A DNA stretch of 64,000 nt, from assembly GCF_036321535.1 (NCBI RefSeq), contig NC_087437.1:111850001-111914000 (forward strand). The letters are read 5' to 3'. Under the pieces are notes generated by a model. The model was given only the letters and a program-made list of their open reading frames with translations, was not told the DNA's origin and searched no databases. Shown in pieces: positions 34,501 to 47,134 of the stretch. The translations under genes were made by a program, and so were the position numbers. Numbering within the stretch: the stretch's first letter is position 1; every line of letters begins with the position of its first letter. This DNA comes from Camelus dromedarius (lineage: Eukaryota).

Positions 34501-37500
34501 TGAACTCAGAAGCCAAAGGAAAGGCATAAATTACCATGTCAATTTAGGAGCTGAGAAAGCTAGTCTGTGCAGCAGGAGAGAAGGATTAAGCAGATGTGCT
34601 AGAAAGCAGAAGAGGACAGGAAGAATAGCATATGGGATTCTCATATCTTTACTGGTTCATGTTCTCAATTCTTCTTAAAAGCTGGACTGCACTCCTGCCT
34701 GTGGGTTCCCTTCGATACCCCAAAATCCTTAGAATAAATTTCTTTTTTGTTTTGCTGTTGATGATGTTTTATTGTTTGTGTGTGTGTTTGCTTAAAGTAG
34801 TTCAAGTTTATTTCCATTAATTAGGAGCTAAGAACACTAGGACCAATGAGTTCTAACAAAATAAACAAGAGTTACTTAAATTCGTAGTAATGGTAATTTT
34901 AGCCAGTTTAATAACTCTTCAGCTATAGCTTTTGTTCAGAGAGGAGCTTTTCTTTCTTCCTTTTTTTCTTTTTTTAAAGATATTCATACAGATATACTCA
35001 GTGGTATTTAAGCAGTGGGTTAAACTGAGTAAAGCTCTTTACCGTGCAAGCATGTAGCTTTTGCAATTAAAGAGAGCCAAGCACCTCTTTCCAGAGCATG
35101 TGAATGGCCCTCTTAAAAATGTTAGAAAATTTCTAAATTCTTTACCTCAAACTGCATTTAGCCATTGTATCTAATTCAGTAAGATTATCTTTTCTAGCAA
35201 ACTACTATTATTGGTGTAATTCACATTTGAAAGCTTCAGACTTTTAGAAGTTAAAAAATAAATTTTTTTTGCCACATTAGTATGCCCACTGGAGAACACT
35301 CAACTTTTATGAATGGATTGGCAATTGAACTGTAATGGCTATTCCTTCATCTTCTGAAATGATAGTTTCTTCAACAAAAAGAAAGTTAGTGAAATTTCTT
35401 TCCATCCAAATTTAGAGTATCTTAAAAGTAAACAATGTTTTATTTACTTCCATGGAAATATTGAGCTTATTCAGTATTTTAAAAATACATCTGCTATTTA
35501 GACCAGGTAGTTCTATCATCATCCAATCATCCATTCATTCAACAAAATTTATTTAGCATCTGCTATGATCTGCTATGATGCTAGGTAATAGGAATATAAA
35601 CAAGACAGATGTGTTTTTTCTCCTTTTAGGTCTTTAATCAGGTACTGGAGATAGATAATAAAACAAGTAAAAAAACAAAAATTAATTACTGATTGCAGTT
35701 AATATTATGAAGAAATCAATAGGATATTATAACTTAAAACCCACAGATACAATAAAATGATATAAATTTCAGCTTGATTCATTTTTTCCCTATGTGCCAA
35801 TGGCCATTTAAATCTCTTTATCATTAGTACATGTGGAAAGATTTCTGGGATTGAGCAGAACATTTTCCTTCAAGATGATTACAATTAATAGCTCCAGGAT
35901 GTCTCCTTTTGTAAACTTTTCTTTGAGTATTTCATGCAAAATAGGGAGCAGCTGAAAATTATTTTATCTGGTTTAGTATTTTATGTCTTCTAGTGTTACT
36001 GTGTGAAAGTATAATTCATTACCGTGGTATGATATTTATATTACATTCACAATGCACACTTTATGAATACATCTAAGAACTACACAACCGTTACAGAAGC
36101 AAAAATAGCAGTGCATCCTGTCTAAAAGAACATACTTATCTCTGTTAGCTCAATACCATGCATGCAGTATTGTCTTTCCTTCTTGGGGGAAAAATCAAAA
36201 GCAGATACATTATTAAAGACAACAGAGTTGTAAGTATCTCTTCTGGGTATAAAAGAAGTTAATGTTTCTTTTTTCTGTTATTTAGTTTTACTCAAGGGCA
36301 GCAAATTGTACACTAAATACACTGTAGTATGGTTATAGAAGGAAGTATCAAATCAAGCTTTGAATTTTTAAAAAACTAAGTGGACTTTTAAAAATAATCT
36401 TTTTCTAATTATAAAAGTACTACCTGCACATTTTAGAAATTTAGGAAATGCAGAACAATACAAAGAAGAAAATAAGAAGCACTGATAATCTTAACACTTC
36501 ATTTTTGGTACATTTCTTTCCAGAATTGTTTTATGAATATTTGCTCATTCATTCTTAGTGGTTTCAACGTTCCAGTGCAACACCTACTTGGAGTTTGTTC
36601 TCTATCCTCCTGATCTCCTCCGTCAGCCTTCTATCATAATCATAATGATTGCACCCTGGACCTTCTCAAATTACTAGGGAGTTACTGGGAGTCTTCTCTA
36701 GTTCACTTTCGTCCTTTCAGTCTACTGACTCTACCTCCAGTCCAATGAGCCCTTCACTTTTCACCTCCCATCCTCTTCCTCCTGCCTTTCCCCCCTCCTT
36801 ATCCAGATTGGATTTTTTGGGACAAGATTACAGTCACTTCCTTGCAACAACTTCAACTCCCTTCCCCCTCTTCCTTTGTTGTTCTCACCCAGAAAAACCC
36901 TAGCCATAGTTGAGCCAGACTGTGGCCTTCTCTGTATCTGTCTCTAATTAGTTAACCTTCCTGATTTTCCCTTAAATTGACTACAAACTTCAAATGGACA
37001 CTAAATACGTAATTTTTTTGTAATGCATTATTTTACTATGCTTCTTAGTCTGAATTAGACAGATAAAGTAGTCAAATAACATGCACGGTAATATGGGATT
37101 TTAATAATATAATCAGTGAGCTCAAATGTACAGATAGAATTTTGTACTCTGCACAGACTACTTAATCACCTATTTGTTAATATCAATCATTAACCTGGCT
37201 ACAAAAACAAACAAACAAACAAACAATAACCTGAACAAATTCTTCAAAGTAGAGATTTTATAGGGCACATTCTCCAACCAGAGAAAAAATTAGATGACAA
37301 ACCAAATTCAAGAAAGTGAGAGATCCTTCCTAATTAAAAAAAAAAAAAAGGCCTTAACTACTTGGGAATTAATGAATAGTCATCTAAATCTCTGAATCAA
37401 AGAAGACAAAATACATGTACATTATCTGAAAACTCCAGAAACTAATAAAAATCTTATTTCCATATAAAAATATATGGTACGTAGCTGAAGGGGCACTCAG

Positions 37501-38429
37501 AGAATAATGTGTAACTTTAAACTAAGTTTATAATTATAAAAGTAATAACAAAAATAAAGTATTCAGCCTCAGAAATGACCCAAAAAAATAAAACTAGCAA
37601 AACAATTCAAAGAATTTGAGGAGTAGGACTATTCAAAGATAAAATAGTAATTAATAAATAAGCAAATAATAAAATAAAAACCAAAAACATAGGAATTACA
37701 AAGAAAAATGAAGCCTAATAATACAGAACACACACACATATCACCCACAACTTCAGATATAACCAGATATGAGGACGAGCCAAATTAATTATGAGAAAAT
37801 GTTATATGGAACCCAAAATATATTTGAAATTCTGCAGGAAATGTGTATTCTAGCAAAACACAAATTTCACAAAACTGTCCTACGAAGAGCCTTATAGCTC
37901 CTAACAAAATGGTAGACTAAGAAGAAGCTGGGAAGATTTTTTAGTAAGAAGTAAAGAGACTTTGAGTAAAGATGTGAGAATGACTGTGTTTTTATCAGTT
38001 CCTTTCCCCATCATTCCAGTAAAACAATGACAGAGACTTTAAAATGTATGAACATATGGCAATGAAGAGCTCATGGGAGAGCCATCTGCAGAGATTTCTA
38101 TGCAGTATTTTTAATGTCTCCTTGGTAAGTTTGCTTTCCCACACCATGAGCTTATTACTATATACCTCTTCCCTAACCTTTCATGCCTCCCCAGCTGATA
38201 ACTACATAATTCTTTACTGAAAAGATAGAACCATCAGAGAGAGCCACATGGACAAACCTGCTTGTGTCTGGACTCGTCTCCCTTGCCTCCACTTAAATGA
38301 AAATGTGAAAAAAAGTGAAAATGTGAAAATGAAAAAAGTAGCCTTCTTCCTATCAAAGATGAATTCAGCAACTTGCTCTCAAGATTCTGTTTCCTCAAGG
38401 ACTTCTCTCTTTTGTCCACCCTGTCTTCT

Positions 38430-38639
38430 TCTTTTTTTTTTTTAACATTTTTTATTGATTTACAATCATTTTACAATGTTGTGTCAAATTCCAGTGTTCA
38501 GCACAATTTTTCAGTCATTCATGGACATATACACACTCATTGTCACATTTTTTTCTCTGTGAGTTATCATAACATTTTGTGTATATTTCCCTGTGCTATA
38601 CAGTGTAATATTGTTTATCTATTCTACAGTTTTGAAATC
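38430..38639 (-). mobile_element. Young 5'-truncated L1 3' end with 17-bp TSD
   Basis: T-rich tail then tttattgatttacaatcattttacaatgttgtgtcaaattccag...ccctgtgctatacag; perfect TSD tgtccaccctgtcttct at 38413-38429 and 38640-38656. Confidence 0.9.
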
Positions 38640-39024
38640 TGTCCACCCTGTCTTCTGCCTCATCAACACTTTCCACTGTGTCGTTCCCAGCAGCATGTAT
38701 ACCTATTTTAGTATGTTCCGTCCTAAAACTTCTTTTAACATCTCTTTTCAGCCACTGCTCCTTTTCTCTGGTCTCCTTCATAGCCAGGCTTCACACATTT
38801 GTCTCCACTCCCTGCCAGCCCTTCCTCCTGTCCCATTCATTCCTCAAACCTCTCCAATCTGACTTCTGTCCTCACTACTTCACCAACACTCCTGTTATGG
38901 AAGTCATCAATGACCTACCTCTTGCACATTCAGTGGACTCTTCTGTGTTCATCTTATTTGACCCATATACAGCCCTCAGCCCAACTGACTCCAGTCTCCT
39001 ACTTGAAACACTCTCCTCTGAAGG

Positions 39025-39230
39025 GTGTGCTGGAGCTGGCCCTTTTGGCTTACAAGAGCTAATTGTCCACTCTCCTCTCAACTTCAGGTTCAGTGATGCC
39101 ACCTTGTAGCTTGAAATTGGCCATGGTGGGAGTATTTACATCATGGAAATCAGCAAAAGCCTCAGATTAGATCTCTTTTTCCTGGAGATTAAGTATTTAC
39201 CAGTTATTAAATATTTACCAGAACACCATT
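39025..39230. mobile_element. MER63-like hAT DNA transposon remnant
   Basis: gtgtgctggagctgg...ttgaaattggccatggtgggagtatttacatcatggaaatcagcaaa...tttaccagaacacca; family assigned from memory. Confidence 0.5.
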
Positions 39231-39879
39231 GCTTCAAAAACACCCTAAGCTTATGTTATTTCCTTCTTCACAAATCTTGTCAACCCCCTTATTGGATCTC
39301 CTCTAAGTGATCCCTAAGTATTCAGGTGCTTTGTTGTTTGACCCTGGGTCCTCTTTTTCACTCTCTTTTTAGGGACCAAATTAAGCCCTATGGCTTTAAA
39401 TACTCTTATAATAAGGATGCTCTTAGGTCCGTGGCCAATATGGATCAAGTAGTAAGGTGAAGTGGAATTCAATTAAATGACAAATGAGTTGTTTCCTTTT
39501 GAGAAATTGCTCCTGGCTTGATGTAAGTCCTAACAGAGACTGAATGCCTAACCATGGGACACCAAGGGACCATGTGATCTTAGCTGCCCCAAATAAATGG
39601 AAGTTATCTGATCTACTAAAAATATAATGTTGGGCAAGCAAAACAGAGTGGACATAGTATATAGGTGACTGGATGCTAGCAGTCTCCGAGACACGAGCAA
39701 GTTGGGAGAACACCTACTTGCTCCCTGTGCTTTTCTGCTCTCGCTCTTTATGCATTGCTGTCTGTCCCTGGAACTATACTTGTGACCTCTTGAGAAATTC
39801 CCTATGACCAACTGATTAAGGAAGAAAAAAATTCAAGTCTAGGACACGTATATTTCCACATGTTGTGCTGGCATCATCT

Positions 39880-40650
39880 AAAGTGGGCTCTGTAGCATTA
39901 TAGCCCCAGTCAGAAGTGGACATGAGGGAGGTGGTGAAGGGGAATCCTCCCAGTATCAGAATACCGAGCAGTTCATCTGGTTGTCTGCTTTACCTGGAAA
40001 GAACATGGTGAGAAGTGCAAGTCTATCCTGACTCATTAATAGTAACTGATGGCTTGGCTTGATCACCACTTCTCAACTGGGATTCCTAGAGAGAATTAGC
40101 CATAATGCCTAAAGGCATCCATTTGATGTACTAAATTAACTTATCTTGTATGCATCTAAGTATGTTCCATCTTGGGAGAATTGAGAAAATAGTCATTCAG
40201 ATAATTTTCTATATGGTTTACTTCTCTCATAGAACCCAGAATGAGAAAGGCTGGGGTGGATGACTGGGGACTTGGAATAAGGGGGTATTTGTGTCTATGT
40301 GAATACTCCGAAGTGCTCCCACCAAAAAGGATGCTCTCAATAAGCAGATGGGTGAGATGACTCATTCTATAGATACCAGTCTACCTCTTTCCCTGCCTAT
40401 GCCAGTGCTTACACAATGGGCTTGTAAACAAAGTAACCATGGTATCAGGGATGAAGGATAGATTCAACATGGACTTCTGATCTGGTTAGTGCTCAGCCTG
40501 TCAGCAGCAGAGGCAGTGTTGATCCCCCAATATGGAACACTCCCTGGGAGGACCAGCTAGTTTCATTGTACTAGACCCTTTCCATCATGAAGGGGGCGCA
40601 ATTTGTTCTCACTAGATAAAGTGATTACTTATTCTATGGATTTGCCTTTT
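39880..40650 (+). mobile_element. Decayed ERVL-class endogenous retrovirus pol fragment (RNase H / integrase)
   Basis: Frameshifted translations GEGESSQ..RAVHLVVCFTWKE..VQVYPDS and LNKQMGEMTHSIDTSLPLS..QWACKQSNHGIRDEG* resemble ERV-L pol. Confidence 0.75.
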
Positions 40651-40657
40651 TTTGTCT

Positions 40658-40890
40658 GTGATAGTTAATTTCATGTGTCAACTTGACTGGGCTAAGGGAT
40701 GGCCAGATAGCTGGCAAAACATTATTTCTGGGTGTATCTGTGAGAGTGTCTCCAGTAGAAGTAAGATCACCCTCACCAATGCAAATGGGCATCATCCAAT
40801 CCTTTGAAGGCCTGAATAGAAGAAAAAGGCAAAGAAGGCGAAAGTTTACTCTCTTTGCTTGAGCTGGGACATCTGTCTTCTCCTGCCTTT
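40658..40890 (+). mobile_element. MLT2-type (ERVL) LTR fragment
   Basis: tgtgatagttaatttcatgtgtcaacttgactgggctaaggga...aacattatttctgggtgt is the typical MLT2 5' end. Confidence 0.8.
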
Positions 40891-41036
40891 TATAGCTGTT
40901 GGTTTTTCCCCTAACTAGGGTCCAACGATGATCGCACGTTACATTTAGTTGTCATGGCTATTTAGTGTCCTTCATTCTAGAACAGCCCATTCCTTTTTTA
41001 AAACTTCCATGACATTTTTTAAGAGTCCAGGCCAGG

Positions 41037-41069
<33 letters not shown>

Positions 41070-41485
41070 AGTGGGGGAATGTTTGTTGTTTTTGTTTTTG
41101 CAGAGTGTCCCTCAATTTGGGTTTGGATTAGATTCAGTCTTAACATTTTTGGGAAAAATACTACACAAGGAATGAGTGCCTTCTCATCAGGCAGCCTGCG
41201 ATGCCAATTTGTTCCCTTAAGTTGAGTCACTCACTTACGGACCTTTCTCCATCATAAAGGTACAATTTTTAATGAATAAGTAATCTGAAGGATCATGATA
41301 CTTTTAGACAATATTTCATCCAATCATTTTAGCATCTACTAATGATTCTTTTCAAAATTCATCATTACTGTGGTGTTTGCAAAATGCTGATTTTGGTTTC
41401 TAATATTCCTTCTATATGTATTAGTTGCCATTCTTCTGAAAAGCAGTACTTTCCCTTCCCATTCCCACTTCATTCCTTTTTCTCT

Positions 41486-41569
41486 CTTCCTCCCTCCCTC
41501 TTCCTTTCCTTCCTCCCTCCCTCTTTCTTTTCACCTTCCTCCCTTCCTTCCTCCCTTCCTTCCTTCCTT
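41486..41569. repeat. Pyrimidine-rich (TTCC/TCCC)n low-complexity tract
   Basis: cttcctccctccctcttcctttccttcctccctcc...ccttccttccttcctt. Confidence 0.9.
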
Positions 41570-43829
41570 GTGACAGTACTGACTCATGGAATCTTTTCCA
41601 AATCAGTATGCTATGATCACTCCTGTAATTGATCGCACTGATGTTCAGGTGGTCCTTCTGTAGCTAATGGAATCCTCTAAGCTGACTCCTGTATTTTTTA
41701 AAATGTCCCCATCAATTTATTGACCTTTTCTTACTTTCTGTCACATTAAGATGTTTCATACTCACCTTAAATTTTTTGCTGCCTTCGCCCCCTGGAATCA
41801 GTCCTTTCTTTAAGGCTCTATTTTCTTTGTTGTGGTGGTGTTTGTTTTAATGGGAAATGGTTTTGAGAAGCTAAAATGTAGATATTGGTGTGCTCTTTGC
41901 TACAGGGGTGTCATTGCTTCTTGGCTGTCTCAGTGGATAAAGCTAAGAAATACATGTCTTAAAAATGTCTCAAAAAACGCTACATGTCAGGGTTTGATTT
42001 ATTGTTTTGTTCAGTGTGATAGAAAAGAAAGGTTAACAATGCAACTGAACTTAAAATATATATCATGTCTGTAGCCCTTACATTGTGAGTAGTCCCCAAA
42101 AGTGAGGAAGATTTCCTTCAGTATTTGAAAACTATTATTTGATTCAGCTAAGTAGTTGTTTACAGCACTGACTAGCAAGTGACATTCCCACACACATCTT
42201 TATTGTTTAAATTTCCTCTTACTCCTCACGTAAATGAAAATATCCACCAACATTTATGCCAGAATTATACTTGCTCATTAATTGTAACCCTAGGTTGTCT
42301 TTGGATACAAGCATTTGGCAAAAATCAACTAATGCATTATTTGAGAATTAATTGTATACAGAGTTTATAAAAAAAAGATCATTATATATTTTATTATCAT
42401 TTGTAAATTATGTGCTACACATCCTTTATATCAGTAAAATTTATAATAAACTCATGGACATTTATATACACACATACTTTCTGGGGGAGAGCTGGTGGTT
42501 AAACTTTCACCAGCACATCACTGATCAAACGGCTAGCCCCAGATTAGCTGCAGACCACTGACATAGTTTGACCCACACAGTGCTATTTAAAGCAATGAAT
42601 AAAAAAGTGAGAGAGTGTGCTGACATTTACAAATTACCTGGAATTCCTTCTTCTCCTAAAGGATCAGATCTGGCCCCACTGTGTTCTCCCCTTGCAACAC
42701 TCAGCTGGCCTGAGCTGCTGTGGCCCCTTCAGGGGGGATGTACACTCTCAGTTTGCCACCATCCCCACTACTCCCTGCTGTCCTCCCAACCCTGTGGCTG
42801 AGCACCACATGCCTTTTTCCGCCATGTATAGGCTGTAGATTTTCTCTGCTCCTTGTTTATCCTCTGCCACCACAACCTGAAATGCATTTCAGCCCAGAAA
42901 TCTGGCAACCTCACGCTTGATTTATAACTTAATTAGCTTTCTTCTTCTATTGATTTAAATCCCAGTGACCCACAATTATTTCTTAGAAGAAGCACTTAAA
43001 ACATGTGATAGGGCTTTGAAACTCTGAAAAGCCACCAAATGGAAGATACACACGTTAAGATGCTCATAATTTCTAAAGTCATTTAATTTTATACTCTATT
43101 TATAAAAATCCATTAAAATTCAATTTGTTACATTTTAAGTAACTAATGGCAGTATATTTATTATTAATCTTTTCACTTATATCCTTCTTACTATTTTTTT
43201 CTTTCCCTCTTTTTTTCCTTCTTTGTCTTTTTCTATTATTTTAATCTTACCTCTCAAATACAATGTCAGTAATGAGGTCACTATATTTTTCTATTAAAAT
43301 TCATACTTTGGTCTTAGTTTTGGCCTAATTTAAACACTGACATTATAGACTCATACTAATTAGCCTGAATGATCAAATCCCCCACCAATTAAGCAAATGT
43401 AGACATTTCAGGTTGTTTCAGTTACCCTATGTTAAGAATTAAAAGAAAAATGTGATAAATGTGATTTGGAGTCATCAATCCCAAGACATCCTGTTATTTC
43501 ATAATAAAACTATTTCTTATCATTATGGTATCATAAATTCAATAATGTTTCAACTTCTTTGCACTCTGAATTTAGACATTTATACCACAACTACCACAGA
43601 TTCTTTACATTCCACTTTAATGGTGAGCTGTGTCTCTGTGAGGGAAAATTTTCTTTGTACCATGATGAGCCAGTTTATTTGAAAAAAAATGTTGGCTTGG
43701 TTCCTTGTATCAACACGCATAAAATTATTTTGTTAACTTGGTTGTACAAAGTGTCTTAACTTTTCAGTCTTAAACTTCCATGTGGACTGAGCCCTAAAAG
43801 CTCTCTTGTTAATTATCTATTAGTAATCG

Positions 43830-44004
43830 AAAAAAAAAAGTTGCTTCTGTGTAGCACAAGGAAATATGTTCAATATCTTGTAATAACCTTTAAAGAAAAA
43901 GAATATGAAAATGAATGTATGTATGTATATGCATGACTGGGACATTGTGCTGTACACCAGGAATTGACACATTGTAACTGACAGTACTTCAGTTAAAAAA
44001 AAAG
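43830..44004 (+). mobile_element. 5'-truncated L1 3' end with 16-bp TSD
   Basis: gtagcacaaggaaatatgttcaatatcttgtaataacc...gctgtacaccag...cattgtaactgac...aaaaaaaaa; TSD tatctattagtaatcg at 43814-43829 and 44005-44020. Confidence 0.9.
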
Positions 44005-44783
44005 TATCTATTAGTAATCGGAGTATATTTACTCATGGGAATAATGCTATCAGTGGCTATTATATTTGCAGGCTAGCCCTTAATGTAGCTCTAATGGTAT
44101 TAATCTAAGTTCTGAGTTCTAGAGCAGAAGGACAGGATGAGAATGATGAGAGGAGAAATAGGGAGGTGGTACAGCAGGGCCAATGACAGAAGGAGGCCAG
44201 GAAAGAGAAGCAAACTGAGAGGAGGACCACAAGAGGAAAACTTCCTCTGGGTTTAAGCAAAACACCCTATGCAATTGGGTTTTGTGGCTTTCAATTTTCA
44301 TTTCTGTTTCCCCCTCCTCAGGACCCCAGTGCCCTCATGTGGTCCTAAGTCCCACCCTATCCAGGCCTGTTCTTCCTCCAAGCTTCAAACCACCCCCACC
44401 AAACACACACAAGACTCCCTCTCTCAGTGAGAATGTTCTTAGCAAGATGTTCGGAAAATACCAGTCTCAGAGAGCCTAATCATTTTGTGGGGCTCACAGT
44501 CCTTAAAACCTCGGAAATCAATCATTCTCTACTTAGGGGAATTCCAGCCCGTGTGACAAAATGGAGCAAAAAAAAAAAAAAAATCTGATGCAGTGTTTCA
44601 CAGGAAGATAACTTTCTTGAGGGTCATCCTCTATGCTGGGCACCTCCAAGCAGTCCCTGGTGGGCTTTGCTATCTCCATTCTGATCTAACATTTCTCTAC
44701 CCATCCCTAGCAGCAAGGGCCTACCTTCTAGCTGGCCCTCGAGACATGTTTCCAGACTGAATCAAGTAGGTTTTTTGGTTCTT

Positions 44784-44789
44784 TTTATT
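44784..44789 (-). promoter_or_regulatory. Candidate proximal polyadenylation signal (AATAAA) of EPCIP
   Basis: tttatt on + strand, about 185 nt downstream of the EPCIP stop. Confidence 0.4.
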
Positions 44790-44971
44790 TTGTCTTTCAG
44801 AACAGCAACCATGGATGAGCATGGATGGGGCAGAGGGGGCTGGCTGTGTGTGAATGGGGGCTGGGGGAGGAGTGAAGTTGCCCAGAGGAATACCCATGAC
44901 CTTGTTCAGATTCCTTATTGAAATGATCCATGGTGTGCCAGAGTTCCCGGGGGTCGGACACAGCTACGATG

Positions 44972-45631
44972 TTAGTAAATGAATGTGACAATATAGCTTT
45001 TGTTGCTTAGAATTGGGAAGGTTTTAAAGTAGGAAAAGTAGGGGAAGTTGTTGGCCGTGCTGGCAAAGTTTTCAATACTATATGATTTTAAGGATGAGTT
45101 CCTGTTGAAAAGTGCCATATCTAAGAAGGAAATATACATACAGTTTTGCCAGCCTTCATGTGGCAACACGGGCTTCTCACTGGATTCGCTCTCCCCACCA
45201 TCGTGGATGAGTAAACTCTGCTCTGGGGAGGGACGCTTGGCCTCCGTGTTGATGCGAAGCCTCTTCAGACCGCAAATGGCCAGGTACTCAGTGGGGAGAG
45301 TGGTCGCACTGCACAGAGAAAGCTTCAGGTCCCTGACCTGCGTGAAGTTCAACAGGAGGCCCAGTGCAGTTGTGTCTGTGAACCAGATGGTCAGATGATC
45401 ATCGTAGCTAGTTTGCTCAACCGCAAAAGGTAACACGGTTTTACAGCTGCACATCAGGTTGGCCAAACTGTAGTCACAGTCCCGGATGTCCGCAGAGCAG
45501 CTGCAGTTCCGGATGGTGTTTTCCTTCGTGAAAATTAGCGTGCTGTTCCTCCGAGCTCTTGGGAAGCATTCGAGTGCAAAGATGCCGAGTGCCCCGATCA
45601 GAAGGAGGCTGCGACCGGAAGGCAGTGCCAT
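44972..45631 (-). CDS. EPCIP: Exosomal polycystin-1-interacting protein (C21orf62 ortholog), 219 aa, secreted Cys-rich glycoprotein
   Basis: [26 protein letters not shown]...[33 protein letters not shown]...[11 protein letters not shown] matches C21orf62. Hydrophobic signal peptide; sequons N29, N42, N95, N178, N210; syntenic position next to PAXBP1; exon acceptor ttgcttgcag| at 45696. Confidence 0.95.
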   Translation of the reverse strand: MALPSGRSLLLIGALGIFALECFPRARRNSTLIFTKENTIRNCSCSADIRDCDYSLANLMCSCKTVLPFAVEQTSYDDHLTIWFTDTTALGLLLNFTQVRDLKLSLCSATTLPTEYLAICGLKRLRINTEAKRPSPEQSLLIHDGGESESSEKPVLPHEGWQNCMYISFLDMALFNRNSSLKSYSIENFASTANNFPYFSYFKTFPILSNKSYIVTFIY

Positions 45632-45638
45632 TATTGTC

Positions 45639-45686
45639 TCAGCGTGGGCCGGCGTGCTTGTGTTTCCCCTTCATGAGCCAGTTCAT
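45639..45686 (-). other. Upstream ORF (15 aa, [15 protein letters not shown]) in the EPCIP 5' UTR
   Basis: Two in-frame ATGs within the coding exon after the 45696 acceptor; TGA ends 7 nt before the main ATG. Confidence 0.6.
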
Positions 45687-46973
45687 TGGAACTCTCCTGC
45701 AAGCAAAAATGCAGCTTTGTTATCACAGCCTCTCATTAGAAATGTGCAGCTTATGGAAAGGGAGCCCCCCAAGTAACCCGTCATAAGCTTTTCTCTCTTG
45801 CGGTCCTAGCAAAGGCAGGCAAGACTGGGAGCCCAAGTGCAGGCAGTGCTCGTTTCTCAGAGTCTCCTGAGAGGCAGCAGCCGGCTCCCTGGTCTCTGCT
45901 CACCTGAGCTATGAGACTCCCCACGATGTCTGCTGGTGGGAAGGCTAACACACCAACAAGCAAGCAAGAGCAGATGCCAGAGACGAGACCTACCGCATTC
46001 CTGTCTGTGGGCAGGAATTCGGAGTGATTTGAATGTGTACATCCTCCCTCCAAACATCCCATTACCAGCGCTGAGTACCTGTCTACCCCTTAAACATGCA
46101 CGTTCCCTCCTCCTCCTCGATATCTGACTTCCTGGAATTCAGCAGACAAACAGTTCCTTGTTGGATTCAGTTACCCACGTGCTACCTGTTAATTCAGCAT
46201 GAATACCAGTGAAACATTTAGTTAATGGTAAACTTCAGTTTCTAACTAGACAAACATACTCTCCTCAATCATATTAATCCAGTCATACTTTTCCTGGTCT
46301 CCTAGACCAGTATTAGAGTTGATTTTAACTGTGTTACTGGACAGTGAGAAGACTAATCACACACCAGTTAGTCACAATGATTCTGATTTATCTACTCCTT
46401 TCCCAGAACAACTTTTATGAACTGATTTTAATCAAAGAACATACTGTAGTAAGCAATATATAAGCACTGTTAAATGATCTAAATAAGGTAGGAATGCATG
46501 CATGATTTAAAAAGCAACACCAATGTCCAGTTCGGGGGGAAATTGCCCTACAATGCCTGGCATATAATAGATGTGCAGTCTTCTTTTATGGAGTGTTGGA
46601 ATAAGGCACATATTATGAAATAAGGCACCAGATTTCAGCTTTGCAAAAATAATTGAATTTCCCCTGAGTTAGCTGATGACTGAAGAGACCAAACAATACA
46701 GTTCAGTGCATCTATATGTCTAGTAGTGGGCAAGACAAGATACTTGGAATGAGGTGTCCAACTAGGACAGTACAGAGCTAGTGATGGGGCCCTGGCAGTA
46801 AGAGTGGTAGGGAGGGATTGATGGAAAGTGGAAAGGTCAGTCCAAGGAATTAAACACATGTCCAAAGAAGACGGTGACAGCAGGAAAGGGGCTAGGCAGA
46901 CTTGTAGCACTTGGAGAGCAAGATGAGGCTACAAGGTGGCAAAGCAAGGTGATGTAAAATCCAAGGCGGGCAG

Positions 46974-47134
46974 AGGGGTGGGTATAGCTCAGTGGTAGAG
47001 TGTGTGCTCAGCATGCACGAGGTCCTGGGTTCAATCCCCAGTACCTCCATTAAAATAAGTAAATACATAAACCTAATTACCCCCTCAAAACAAACAAACA
47101 AAATAAATAAAATAAAATATTTTTTAAAAAAAAG
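46974..47134 (+). mobile_element. tRNA-derived SINE (camelid Vic-1 type)
   Basis: A box tagctcagtgg, B box gttcaatcc, A-rich tail; TSD aaatccaaggcRRgcag at 46957-46973 and 47135-47151 (15/17). Confidence 0.9.

Noticed and set aside
39880..40650. Possible domesticated retroviral pol gene
   Set aside because: Multiple frameshifts, stops and an internal interruption indicate a decayed ERVL fossil.
45048..45398. 116-aa + strand ORF antisense to EPCIP
   Set aside because: Antisense shadow of the real CDS, with a non-ATG start and no independent support.
46974..47050. tRNA-like sequence with A and B boxes (also at about 2610-2680 and 7910-7983)
   Set aside because: These are SINE heads: followed by non-tRNA sequence and an A-rich tail, and flanked by TSDs.
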